From positions 352,001-416,000 of the forward strand of contig CAVYGB010000001.1 in assembly GCA_963767925.1 (NCBI GenBank): 64,000 nt of DNA, read 5' to 3'. Shown here one piece after another: positions 19,095 through 29,149 of the stretch. Numbering within the stretch: position 1 is the first letter of the stretch; each line of letters starts with the position of its first letter. The stretch is from an uncultured delta proteobacterium. GTDB lineage: Bacteria; Myxococcota_A; Polyangia; Fen-1088. Below the pieces are notes generated by a model. That model worked only from the letters and a program-made list of their open reading frames with translations. It ran no database searches and was not told where the DNA came from. The position numbers were made by a program, and so were the translations under genes.

Positions 19095-19743
19095 CGGACG
19101 CGTACTCTCGGGGACGGCGATGGGTCAATGACGCGGGCTCGCAGGATCAGCAAGCCTTCAACGAACGCGCCAACGTGGCCGGGCGGTCACAACCTGGCGG
19201 CCCTGCGACCGAGCGGTGCTCCTGGACGCGAATCCGGGCAGAGCCAGCAGCGCCCCGCTCTTGCAAAAGGCGCGACCCACGCGTGAAAAGTGCAAGGCTC
19301 CCGGGCGCTGCTTCGCCGACCCGGACATCGGCCTGGTCGGTTCTCCGGGGAGTCGCGTCGGGTGTGGGGGGGCCGGGGGCGGGGCACGATGGCGCTTCCG
19401 CCGGTCGGGTCGATTGCCGCGCCTCGTGAGCTGGTTCGCGCGCCACTATGAAGAAGCGGTGCGAAAGGCGGCGAGGTCCCAGGCGGCAGATGGCTTTCGA
19501 GCTCGTGCGGGGCCGTTGAGGTTCACGCTCGCCCCCGGTGGCTCTTCTGAATACGAGCAGGCGGTCGTAGCCCGCGTTCGCCCGGCGACGGTGTGGAGAT
19601 GGGCGACCGGTGGGTGCGGTGATCACGGCACCGACATCCGGAGCTGGTCACCGCGCACGGCCCCGTGAGCAAGCGCTCGCACCGAATGGGCCGAGAATCT
19701 CCGCCGGTAGGTACATCGTCAGCGAGGTGGGGTGGAGCCATAA

Positions 19744-20805
19744 TTGGACGTGGCGCGGGACGATGTTTCGGCTTTCGAGCCGCCGGCGGTGCTCGAGGCG
19801 GTGCTGGAGCTGGAGGGGCGCGCGCCGGGGGTGCGGCGCCGAGAGGTGAGCAACGCCGTGCCGGCGGAGCCGGCGGGTGTGTACCGGGCCGTGGCCGCGG
19901 GGCCGCGGTGCAGCCGCCATCCAGGCGTGGCGGCGGGATGGCGCTGCGACGGGTGCGACGCCCTCCTCTGCCCGGCCTGTACGAAGCTGCAGCGGCTGTC
20001 GGTGAGCAAGACCATGCAGGTCTGCGCGACCTGTGGTCGGGCCGTCCCGGCGATCACCGTGCCGCGATCGGCGGCCGAGCCCCTGTCGCGGCTCTTGCGA
20101 CAGGCCATACGCTGGCCCCTGCGACCCCCGACGCTCGTGATGATCGCAGGGCTCTCCGTCGTGGGAGCGGTTCCCATCGTCGGCTGGATCGCCCAGGCGG
20201 CGACCTGGGCTTATCTGTTCGCCGTCGTGCGGAGCACGGGGGAAGGGGCCCGAGGCGTCCTGCCGTCGGACTCCCTGAGTGAAGGCCCGGAGGATCTCCT
20301 CAAGCCCGCCTTCCGAGGGATCGCTGCTGCGGGCTGGCTCTGGATCCCCAGCGCCCTTTATCTCGAGCACCGCTACGAGTTCATCTCCGGGGGCGCCTCC
20401 ATCCTCGAGATCGCCCGCGATCCGGTCCTCTGGCTTCTTCCCCTGGTCGGCGTTCCCTCTCTCCCCATCGCCGCCATGGCCGCCGCGACGGAGGTCGCCC
20501 TCATCGATCTCTTCAACCCGGTGTTCCTCGCCCGCGCCGTCTCCCGCATCGGCCGCGACTACTGGCGGGCCGTCGCCACCATCGGCGCGCTCTGCCTGAG
20601 CGCCGGCGTCCTCCAGATCCTGGTCGCGGCCCTGGCCGGTGAAGGCTTCGTCGCCGCCGTGCTGCGGGGCCTGGTCCTCACCTATGCCTGCCTGGCCGGA
20701 GCCCGCGCCGCCGGCAGCGTCCTCTATCTCCACGGGCACGTGATCGGCTGGGGGGACGAATCGGCCTACCAGGTTGCCGTGCTCCAGCCCATCTCCGATC
20801 GATAG
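19744..20805 (+). CDS. B-box-like Zn-finger plus multi-pass membrane (DUF4013-like) protein; start uncertain
   Basis: CSRHP..CDGC...CPAC...CATC followed by ~6 TM segments. Confidence 0.65.
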   Translation: MDVARDDVSAFEPPAVLEAVLELEGRAPGVRRREVSNAVPAEPAGVYRAVAAGPRCSRHPGVAAGWRCDGCDALLCPACTKLQRLSVSKTMQVCATCGRAVPAITVPRSAAEPLSRLLRQAIRWPLRPPTLVMIAGLSVVGAVPIVGWIAQAATWAYLFAVVRSTGEGARGVLPSDSLSEGPEDLLKPAFRGIAAAGWLWIPSALYLEHRYEFISGGASILEIARDPVLWLLPLVGVPSLPIAAMAAATEVALIDLFNPVFLARAVSRIGRDYWRAVATIGALCLSAGVLQILVAALAGEGFVAAVLRGLVLTYACLAGARAAGSVLYLHGHVIGWGDESAYQVAVLQPISDR

Positions 20806-20899
20806 CGTGCCGCGAGGCCGACCGCCCGGGGCCGGCCACGCTGCGCGCCGCCGCGCCCGGGATCCTCCTCGTCGCGCAACACGCACACCACCCTCGGTG

Positions 20900-21036
20900 G
20901 GGGAAGCGGTGGTCCAGCGGCCGGAGCTATTCGGTGCGGTGGTGCCGGTGGTCGGCGTGCACGACATGATGCGCTTCCATCTGTTCGGGCAGGGGGCGGG
21001 CTGGCAGGCGGACATGGGCGCACCCGACGATCCCTC
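20900..21036 (+). pseudogene. prolyl oligopeptidase (S9) catalytic-domain fragment
   Basis: QRPELFGAVVPVVGVHDMMRFHLFGQGAGWQADMGAPDDP matches the POP segment after the GGSNGG nucleophile; the rest is absent. Confidence 0.7.
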
Positions 21037-21288
21037 AGCCTCGCCGCCCGGGACCCCCACGACGATCCGTCGGGCGCCCCTGTCCCCCCACCGCCACCGC
21101 CTTCCAGCGACCCCAGCTTCTGACCGGCACGCCCTCGGGAGCGCGGCGGGAGCCCGCGCGGGGCTCGGGCGGATGGCGCTCTCCGCTCGCCGGGCTTCCC
21201 GGAGGGGCGGGGGGCTCCCGGCTGGAAACTTCAGCGCCGAGCAGCGGGCCCATCTGCGCCTTGCCTGCTCAGCCTCCGCTTCAGCCTT

Positions 21289-22126
21289 GGGTGTAGATCC
21301 CAAACTGACGCGAAATCATTGGGGATTTCGACGACGCGCCGAGGGCCGGCTCGCCAAGGGACCGGCAGGCTACAATGAGGCCGCTGCGGAACGCTCACCC
21401 TGTACGACGAACAGGGCCAGCCCCTCCACACCGTGCGCCTGGGGCGCATGCCGGAGAAGGGCAAGGCCACCCTCAAGGAACAGATCACCGCCGAGCTCAC
21501 GGCCCAGCTCCGCCAGCGGCCCGACCTGCGGGTGGTGGGCCTCGCCGATGGTGTCCACGACAATTGGGCATTTCTGGCCGAGCTGCCAGCGGGTCGGTGC
21601 GAGGCGCAGATCGTCGATTTCTTCCACGCCGCCGAGCACCTCGATGAGGCGCTCGCCGTCGCCCACGGCGAGGCAAGCGTGCGGTGCGCGGCGGAATTTA
21701 AGAAATACCGCCACCTCCTCCGCCACGACACCGACGGCGTCGAGAAGGTCATTCGACACCTGTGCTATCTGCGCGACCAGCACCCGCGTCGCAAGAAGAT
21801 TGCGAGCGCCCTGAAATACTTCCGGCACCATCGAGGGCGGATGCGCTACGCCAGCTTCGCCCGCAGGAGGATGCCCATCGGATCCGGTATCGTTGAGGCC
21901 GCGTGCAAAACCTTGGTCACCCAGCGCCTCAAGCGCTCGGGCATGCGCTGGCGGCACCCGGGCGGCCAAGCGATTCTCACATTGCGTGCCCTCGAGCAGA
22001 GCGGCCGTTTCGATCGCGCCTGGAAGATCCTCGCGGCCACCTACCGGCACGATGTCCGACTGCCCGAGAACATCGTCGACATCCGCTCAGGCAAGAGACC
22101 CAATTGACCCGTCAGGACCTACACCC
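21289..22126 (+). mobile_element. internally deleted ISKra4-family insertion sequence (838 bp)
   Basis: Terminal IRs GGGTGTAGATCC (21289) and GGACCTACACCC (22115-22126); no flanking direct repeat. Confidence 0.75.
21341..22107 (+). pseudogene. ISKra4-family transposase, C-terminal part (N terminus deleted, frameshift ~21385)
   Basis: LADG, VDFFHAAEHL, PIGSGIVEAACKTLVTQRLKRSGMRW. Confidence 0.85.
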
Positions 22127-23267
22127 AGAGCAGAAGCTCGAGTATCTGCTTTGGGTCGATCCGGCGGCGATACCAGACCACGCGGGCCCCCGCCGGCAGA
22201 TCGCCGTCGGCGCAGCGGCGTTCCTCGTCGATCGCCAGGATCAGGTTCTGGATGCCCGCCGCACGCAGTCCCGCGAGCTTCTTCTGGATGTAGTCAGCCG
22301 TCCAGAAGCCGACGATCTCGAGCAGATGTTGTCGCCTCTGATCGAGGCGGTGGCGCAGCAGGAAGTCGGGGAACACGAGGGCAGCACCGGCCCGTAAAGG
22401 CTCGGGCTCCCGAATCAGGTCCCAATCGGGGGCGGCCTTCTTGAAGTCACGGGCGAAGCGTTCCTCCAGCTTGCTGTCGAAGGTTTTCGACTCCTCGGCC
22501 GGGAAGATGACATCGCCCGAACGCAGCCGGAGCTCAGCCTCGTCGGTGCCGAGGGTGCAGCGGGCCACGAGCTCGAAGCGGGCCGTCCGCGCAAGGAACG
22601 GCAGTAGCTGGCCCAGAGCACGACCGTAGAGCAGCGTCCGCCGAAACAGGGCGAACGGACCGGAGACTTCCAGCAGGGGAGGGGGACCCGACCAGACGGT
22701 GCACAGGAGTCCACGCAGCCGAGCCTGCCGAACGACGGGGCGCATGGCGCCTTCGGCCTGGATGCCCACGACGCTGGCCCGGAAGAGCAGGCTCTGGGCG
22801 ATAGCCAGGTTGACTCGACATGCCGCGTCCTGGACCGAAGGAATCTCGGCCGGGGGCCGGACGATGCGCTCGCCGGGTAGATCCGCGAATAGAGCCGCTG
22901 CGAGCGCCTCGGTGGTGATGCCGAGCTGGGCCGCGGCCGCCGCGATCGCGCGCGAAGGCGGGCGGCTGCCGAGCTCTGTCGCCATGGTGAACAGAGCCTC
23001 GCGCGCCCTTGGCGGATCCACCGGCGGGTCGGCCACACTCCGCCACAGCCGAAGCAGGACGGCCGTCGCCGCTCGACACTTTCGCAGCGGAGCCGCGCAC
23101 GGCAGGGGTGCGCGCAGGCGTTCCTCCAGTTCGCGGCGTGGTCGCCCCCGGAAGCGGTCGATCTCCTCCATGAGGATGCCGAGCCACGGGTGATCCTGCG
23201 GACCGAGGAATGCGGGCAGTATCTGCCCACGTTCGACCCGTGCGGGGATGGCCTTGTCAGCCAGCAA
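22119..23267 (-). CDS. DUF790 family (Bax1-like) endonuclease
   Basis: FADLPGERIV, NLAIAQSLLFRA, VSGPFALFRRTLLYG, FDSKLEERF, FPDF...LEIVGFWT; TTG start overlaps the helicase stop. Confidence 0.85.
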   Translation of the reverse strand: MLADKAIPARVERGQILPAFLGPQDHPWLGILMEEIDRFRGRPRRELEERLRAPLPCAAPLRKCRAATAVLLRLWRSVADPPVDPPRAREALFTMATELGSRPPSRAIAAAAAQLGITTEALAAALFADLPGERIVRPPAEIPSVQDAACRVNLAIAQSLLFRASVVGIQAEGAMRPVVRQARLRGLLCTVWSGPPPLLEVSGPFALFRRTLLYGRALGQLLPFLARTARFELVARCTLGTDEAELRLRSGDVIFPAEESKTFDSKLEERFARDFKKAAPDWDLIREPEPLRAGAALVFPDFLLRHRLDQRRQHLLEIVGFWTADYIQKKLAGLRAAGIQNLILAIDEERRCADGDLPAGARVVWYRRRIDPKQILELLLWV

Positions 23268-24624
23268 GGGCCCGCCGCCTTCGTCTCGAATCCCGTACTT
23301 CTTGGGTGCCTCGTACGACCAACTCGTACACGAGCGCTCGTTTGCCCGGGCGAGGCCGCAGCACGCGTCCGATGCGCTGGACGTGCTCGCGCTGTCCGCG
23401 GCGACCGGCGACGACGATGCCGACTTCCGCGTCGGGGACATCCAGACCTTCATTCAGAACCTGGGCCGAGACGAGCGCCCGCAGCTTTCCTTCGCGGAAG
23501 AGTGCCAGCGCTCGCTCTCGTTCCTTGCGGCCGATGTCACAGGTGAGCGGCATGACGAGGTTCTCGCGGGCGACGGCGTAGGCAGTCTCGTTGTCGCCCA
23601 CGAATATGAGCGTACGCGACTGCCGGTGGTGGTCGAGCAAGCGGCCGAGCGCGGTCCGCTTCGCCGCCGGGAAGGCGAGCAGGCTGCGGGCGCGATGGAA
23701 GGCGGCGATCGCCCGGCGTCCTTCGTCGGTTCGGCCAGCCGCCCGGACAAATTCCTCCCAGGGGGCGCCGGGGTTGAATCGGCAGAAGCGGGTCATCACC
23801 TCGCGGAAGGTGCGGGTCAGTCCGTCGTGCTCGGCGCGCTCCGCCGGATCCAGATCGACGTGAATGACGACGTTGTCGAAGGGCGCAAGGAACGTTCCAG
23901 CGAGATCCGAGACCGACAGCTTGTACACGACAGGCCCGACCAGCGTCGCAAGTCGCTCGCCAGCGGCCTCCCTCGGGGGTGTCGCCGTCAGCCCGAGCCT
24001 ACGGTCCGCGGTGCACATCTCCAGGGCTTCGTCCCGGACGCCGCTGCCGAAATGGTGCGCCTCGTCCACCACGAGAAGGCCGAACCGGTGTCCGATGCGA
24101 TCCATGTGGCGCCAGGCGCTTTCGAAGGTGGCAACCGTGAGCGGCGCCAGGGTCCGCTCGCCGTCGCCGAAGATGCCGGGTGAAAGACCGGTATGCTCCT
24201 TGATTGAGCGCACCCACTGGTCGAGCAGAACCCGCGTGGGCACCAGGCACAGTGCTGCCACCCCGGTTTCGACAATCGCCCCCAGCGCAAGCCGGGTCTT
24301 CCCGCTGCCCGTGGGCAGCACGACCATGCCTCGCTGCCCAGCCAGCTGCCATGCCGTGAGAGCGGCCTGCTGGTAGGGACGGAGCGTGACCGGCCCGGAT
24401 GCAGACTGTCCGAAGTTCGGTCGCTCGAGACGCCCGCTGGACACCTCGTCCGAGAACGAGACTCCGGCCGAAGCGAGCGCCGCGGACAGCCGCTCCATCA
24501 CATGCGCTGGGCAGCGAAAGGCTCCTACCCTTGAATCCCATAAGGCGCCAGGCAACCCGCGAGGATTGGCTGCAGGTGGCGGATTGAGTAACAGGAGCGT
24601 GCCACGGTCGAAGACCAGACGCAT
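23257..24624 (-). CDS. XPB/Rad25-like SF2 DEAH helicase
   Basis: LRPYQ, LPTGSGKT, VDEAHH, LGLTAT, LNEGLDVPDA, QRIGRVLR. Confidence 0.92.
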   Translation of the reverse strand: MRLVFDRGTLLLLNPPPAANPRGLPGALWDSRVGAFRCPAHVMERLSAALASAGVSFSDEVSSGRLERPNFGQSASGPVTLRPYQQAALTAWQLAGQRGMVVLPTGSGKTRLALGAIVETGVAALCLVPTRVLLDQWVRSIKEHTGLSPGIFGDGERTLAPLTVATFESAWRHMDRIGHRFGLLVVDEAHHFGSGVRDEALEMCTADRRLGLTATPPREAAGERLATLVGPVVYKLSVSDLAGTFLAPFDNVVIHVDLDPAERAEHDGLTRTFREVMTRFCRFNPGAPWEEFVRAAGRTDEGRRAIAAFHRARSLLAFPAAKRTALGRLLDHHRQSRTLIFVGDNETAYAVARENLVMPLTCDIGRKERERALALFREGKLRALVSAQVLNEGLDVPDAEVGIVVAGRRGQREHVQRIGRVLRPRPGKRALVYELVVRGTQEVRDSRRRRRALAG

Positions 24625-24797
24625 GTCGGTGCTCGTACGCAGGGGACGTGCCAACTCATGAAGGAGGGCCCGCCACGTCCGAGAAAGTGCGTGGTTCGGT
24701 CGGCGCCCGCAGGAGTTTTCAGCTGTCGACAGCTCCCGACCCGTCGATGCGGCGAGGGCCTTGCTTGCAGGGGCCTCCCTGCGCTACGACGGCCGAC

Positions 24798-25883
24798 ATG
24801 TCCATCTTTGACAAGCGCGCTGGCTTCGACCCGGGCCCCTGGCTTCGAGAGAAGACCGTCTCGTGTCTTCGCGACGTTGCCGAACTTGTCGACCTCGCGA
24901 ACGAGCCAGACACCACACCCTGGTATGCCCGCCGGCTGCGGCGAGCGGCGTCCGGGCTCGTAAGCCGTCTTGCGCCCCTCACGCAGTAAGTTCACGGCGC
25001 AGATCAAAAGGCGCTTGAGGACTCCGAGTGGAACGCCATCACCGAGCACGGTACGTTCGCGCTTGCCGCCTGGTGCGAGCGATGGCGTATCGCGGGCGCG
25101 TCGAAGTTCCTGGGGCGCACCTCGGCTCTCGACGACGATGGCGACGACAAGGACACCGCGCCCGAGGACCGGCCCCAGACGGACGACGATCTCACCAGGA
25201 CTCTCGACCGGCGTCTGGAGCTGATGGGCCTGCTTGCACGCCGCATGCTCAACGAGGATCTCCCGGATGGGGCTCGGCGGCTGCTGCTGTTCTTGATGGG
25301 CCACCTTCGGTACTCCCGGCATGCGGATATCGTGCTGGTCTCGAAGCGGTTCCTCCCCGGGGACATCGGCGTTTCGGCCGCCGATGCCGCCGACGCCTAT
25401 CGCGCGCTTTACGAGTCCGAGTTCATCGAACGCGTGGACGCGCTGACCGAGGGCGCGGAGGACGGCCTGGCGTTGAGGCTGCTCGTCGAGGGGTTCAATG
25501 ACCGCAAGCAGGCGACCGCGTACCGGGAGGAGACCTTCGGCTTTCCGGGCGCCCGGATTGGCGGAAAGCCGACGATGGGCAATATCCTCAGTCTGCCCGT
25601 CTCCGGCTTCGTCCAGCAGTCGTTGAAGGGCTGGCCAGCGCTCACCGACGAAGATCGCCAATCCCTGCGGCAGTGGCTTCAGGAGGCAGTCGGCGCGGAG
25701 CGGGCGTTCATCGAGGAGACGAAGCTGGTCGGCGATGGCGCCGCCGGAATCCTGGAGGTGAAGCTGCGGGTTCCTCTGGAGGAATCGGACGACGAGATCA
25801 GGATTCTGCTCGCGCCCGCGGCGGACGCGTGGTTTCGAAAGCACGTCGCCGGCCTTCACGGCGACGATCGCTCGGCGTCATAG
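24798..25883 (+). pseudogene. hypothetical protein interrupted by in-frame TAA at 24987-24989
   Basis: MSIFDKRAG...PLTQ*VHGADQKALEDSEW...ELMGLLARR; both track ORFs and the linker are in one frame. Confidence 0.65.
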
Positions 25884-25893
25884 CTTGTGGGCT

Positions 25894-26361
25894 TCAGTCG
25901 TTCTCGTGCTGCGAACTGGCCGGCCCGATCGCGCGCGGCTCCTCGCGTACCTCAGCCTCCGTGGTGTCCTGCTCGAAAACCACCTTCAGCACCTGGTCCG
26001 TGGCCCGTTCGAGCGTCTCCTGGAGCGCCTTCGAGAGCTCGAGGTATTCCGGCCACAGGGTCTCGTCGACGAAGCGCTTGGGCACGCGCAGCATGATGGT
26101 CGTGTAGCGCTGCCCGCGGTAGCGGAAGGGCTTGAGGCCGTATCTTCGCGCGAGTGCCATGAAGAGCTTGCGCGACCAGTGATCCGCGAGCGTGAACTTG
26201 TACTCGACCGGCGGCGCTTCTTTCTCGGCAATCGCGAGGCGCTGCTGTATGTGGCGGATGGCGTTGGCGGCGGCGTCGCGCTCGCCTGGGGTGGTGGCGC
26301 CTGCGTGGAGGGCCTCAATCCGGCGGAGCTTATCGAGCAGGGCTTTCTCGTCGAGATTCAT
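25894..26361 (-). CDS. hypothetical protein (DUF2786-like N terminus)
   Basis: LLDKLRRIEALHAGATTPGERDAA; WSRKLFMALARRYGLKPFRY; GGAG RBS. Confidence 0.75.
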   Translation of the reverse strand: MNLDEKALLDKLRRIEALHAGATTPGERDAAANAIRHIQQRLAIAEKEAPPVEYKFTLADHWSRKLFMALARRYGLKPFRYRGQRYTTIMLRVPKRFVDETLWPEYLELSKALQETLERATDQVLKVVFEQDTTEAEVREEPRAIGPASSQHEND

Positions 26362-26704
26362 GGTACGTGGACGGTCTCCTAGTCGAGGACCGGTCTCCTC
26401 GCCGAAGAGGTCGGCGCGGACGTCGAACATGCGGTCGGTCATGGTGTGACGGCGACCTACCATCTCGCCGTTCAAGACGACCGCTCAGACGGGAAGGCAA
26501 TTCAGACGGCGGCCAGCGTGACCTGGTCGGCGGACAGCCGAGGAGCGAGCAAGCCGTGCTGGAACTAATGGGCGGCAAGGCGACGGTGGACCAGATCGCC
26601 CGCCGCCTGGGCGTCCACGCATCAACCGTGTTTATGGACGACCTGGATTCCTGATCGCGGCTGGCCAGCGTGACGGGCGCCGTTCGCGGCAGGTGCCGCG
26701 CGCC

Positions 26705-27414
26705 CTACTCCCAGTAGAGGCAGCGCAGCTCTCGTGGTCCTCGGTGCACCTTGCCGTAGGTGACCGTCGCCGCGGTATCGCCCGAAGCGTTCTTACAGAG
26801 GTCGGTCGAACTGGATAAGGGCACCGTGCGCACCTGCTCGTAGACCCAGAGGATGTCGGAAACGGACTTCCGCGACAGCGTCCGCACCAGCGTGGCATCG
26901 CATATCCCCGCCGTGCTGATCGAGCGCCAGGTGTTCGCGTTGAGCTGCGTGAACTCGACGCGTTCAGGGAAGACGGAGAGCTTGCAGGTCCGGTCCTCGA
27001 TTTCCTCTTGCCACCAGCGGAGGGCGCTCCAGAGGGCCGGGCATCGTTGGCCGCGCACGCGGCGTGCATTCGTTGAAGGAACTGCTTCTCGTAAGGGGCC
27101 CTTGGTGGCGACGGCTTCTCCTTCTTAAGATTCATGCAGCTCTTCTTGAACTCGGCGTCGCCCTCTTTTGAGCGGATGAGCTTGTCGAACTCGGCAAGCT
27201 CTTTCCCTCTCTCTGCCGGGTCGACGTTGGGCTGCCTGACGATGACTTGGATGATGTTGCAGACCGCCTTCCGCGGGGCCGTCCGTTCGCACTGGACCGA
27301 GAGCGTCGAGTCCTCGGTCTCGTGGCCCACGCTGAACATCTTGGGAAGGTCGTCCGCCGCAGTGGCAAAGCCGGCGCGGCCTACCACCAGCGCGATGCAG
27401 AGAATGGGACGCAT
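26705..27414 (-). pseudogene. secreted Cys-containing hypothetical protein, frameshifted near 27040
   Basis: Signal peptide MRPILCIALVVG...; ...HAACAANDA continues in another frame as PALWSALRWWQEE...LYWE. Confidence 0.6.
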
Positions 27415-28012
27415 GCTCACCATGGCCCCCATCGTACACGGGACCCGGCGCCGGTCCCAGGCGGTGAGGTCGCTTGATGCTCGCGCGTGCGCAGGCGATC
27501 CGACGCCGACGCCGACGAGGTCGATGCTGTGCTCGCTGGCCCTGGTCTCTGTGGGCTTCGACCGCTGCGTCCGGGCCGGCGTTCCATCGGAAAATCGAGC
27601 GGTACTCGACTGGCGAGGGCACTGTTGAGGGTCGTTCACGGGCACGCGCCTCAACGCCCGCGTGAAGAAGACGACCTCGGTCGTGGAGGGCGCGATTGGT
27701 CTCAACCTGACCATCACCTTGTGGGCGGCGCCGTCGAAGAAGTTCATGCCGTGGGACGTGCTCGACTTCGTCGGAGGGCTTCACCACCACATACGATGAC
27801 GGGCGCGTGGTGACCGTCGACTTCGTACCGCTGCGCCCGACGAAGTTCGCACACGTGAAGCTCGACTGCGTGGTGTACTGGTCGCCGATGGCCATGACCC
27901 CGGATAGCAGGTCAATCTTCGCGGCGCGCCGGGTCCGGGCTGGCGTGGACATCGTGAAGAGCCGGCGCCAACGTCTGAGCGTCCAGACTCCGGACTTCCC
28001 GGCGGAGGCGAA

Positions 28013-29047
28013 ATGTTCAAACTCCTGATCGACACCTGCGTATGGCTCGACCTCGCAAGACGGATGGAACTGCGGCCGATCCTCGGTGCGGTCGAAGAGA
28101 TGCTGAGGCACGACATGGTCGCTCTGATCGTGCCTCGCCTCGTGCTGGACGAGTTCAAGCGAAACCGGGAGCGCATTGAGAGGGAGAGCGCCAAGGGCCT
28201 GTCAGCGCATTTCCGCGTGGTGAAGGAAGCCGTCAGCCGGGCTGGCGGCAGCAAGCGGAGGACAAAGACCCTGCTCGCGAAGCTGGACGACGTCGACCAC
28301 AAGATCCCGCTCATCGGCGGCGAGGCCGTCGGCGTCCTCAACCGCATCGAAAAGTTGGTGGCGGCGGTCCCGGTCGTGGAGGCCTCCGACGCGGTCAAGC
28401 TGCGTGCCGTGGAGCGGGCCGTCGACAGGCGAGCGCCCTTCCACTCGGGCAAGAACGCCATGGCGGATGCGCTGCTGATGGAGATCTATGCCGAGTGCAT
28501 GCGGGACAAGGCCGCGGCCGGCGACCGCTTCGTGTTCGTCACCCACAACAAGGCGGACTTCAGCTTGCCGAATGGGGACCAGCGCCTCCCTCACCCCGAC
28601 TTCGCCGGCTCGTTTTCGCGCATCAAATCCCTTTACTTCATCAACCTCGTCGAGGCCCTGCGGCGCGTGGCCCCCGCGATGGTGACGGACGTGATGCTCG
28701 AATACTCGATCGTCGAGGAGCCGCGCGGGCTCTCGGAGATCCTGGAGGCGGAGGACTTGCTGTTCCATCAGGTCTGGTACACGCGCCACCTCATCCTCAT
28801 GCACGGGGTGAAGACGGGGCGAGTGAAGGTCGTCGAGAAGGAGACCTATCCCCGCCCGCCAGGAGCGCCCGAGACCATCACGGGCGACACGCTGAAGGTG
28901 GCGCGGGCCGCCGGTCGCCGGGTGCTCAAGAAGTACGGCAAGAAGAACCTCGGGCCGTGGGACGACTTTTACTGGGGGATGGTTAACGGTAAGCTGTCGG
29001 CGCTCCGGTGGGTGCTCGGCAGCGAATGGGACTTCCTCGACACGTAG
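28013..29047 (+). CDS. PIN-domain protein (DUF4935-like)
   Basis: LLIDTCVWL, VLDEF, APFHSGKNAMADALL, FVTHNKADFS; GGAGG RBS. Confidence 0.85.
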   Translation: MFKLLIDTCVWLDLARRMELRPILGAVEEMLRHDMVALIVPRLVLDEFKRNRERIERESAKGLSAHFRVVKEAVSRAGGSKRRTKTLLAKLDDVDHKIPLIGGEAVGVLNRIEKLVAAVPVVEASDAVKLRAVERAVDRRAPFHSGKNAMADALLMEIYAECMRDKAAAGDRFVFVTHNKADFSLPNGDQRLPHPDFAGSFSRIKSLYFINLVEALRRVAPAMVTDVMLEYSIVEEPRGLSEILEAEDLLFHQVWYTRHLILMHGVKTGRVKVVEKETYPRPPGAPETITGDTLKVARAAGRRVLKKYGKKNLGPWDDFYWGMVNGKLSALRWVLGSEWDFLDT

Positions 29048-29149
29048 GCCCGGCGATCGACTCGTAGTCGACCGCCCCTGCTCGGAGATACCGGACGCCC
29101 CGATCCTGGTGCGCACTGAACTAACTTTCAGTGTTAGACTGGGAGCACT

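Noticed and set aside
19094..19744. Long intergenic gap as ncRNA/riboswitch (also 35580-35890 and 40810-41340)
   Set aside because: Only generic GC-rich hairpins and no recognisable motif; an Rfam/Infernal search would be needed
26530..26654. HTH-like remnant EQAVLELMGGKATVDQIARRLGVHASTV
   Set aside because: Possibly a transposase scrap, but there is no start, no IRs and no remaining gene to support a call
27480..28010. Possible multiply frameshifted gene upstream of the PIN gene
   Set aside because: Protein-like patches occur in several frames but no recognisable family
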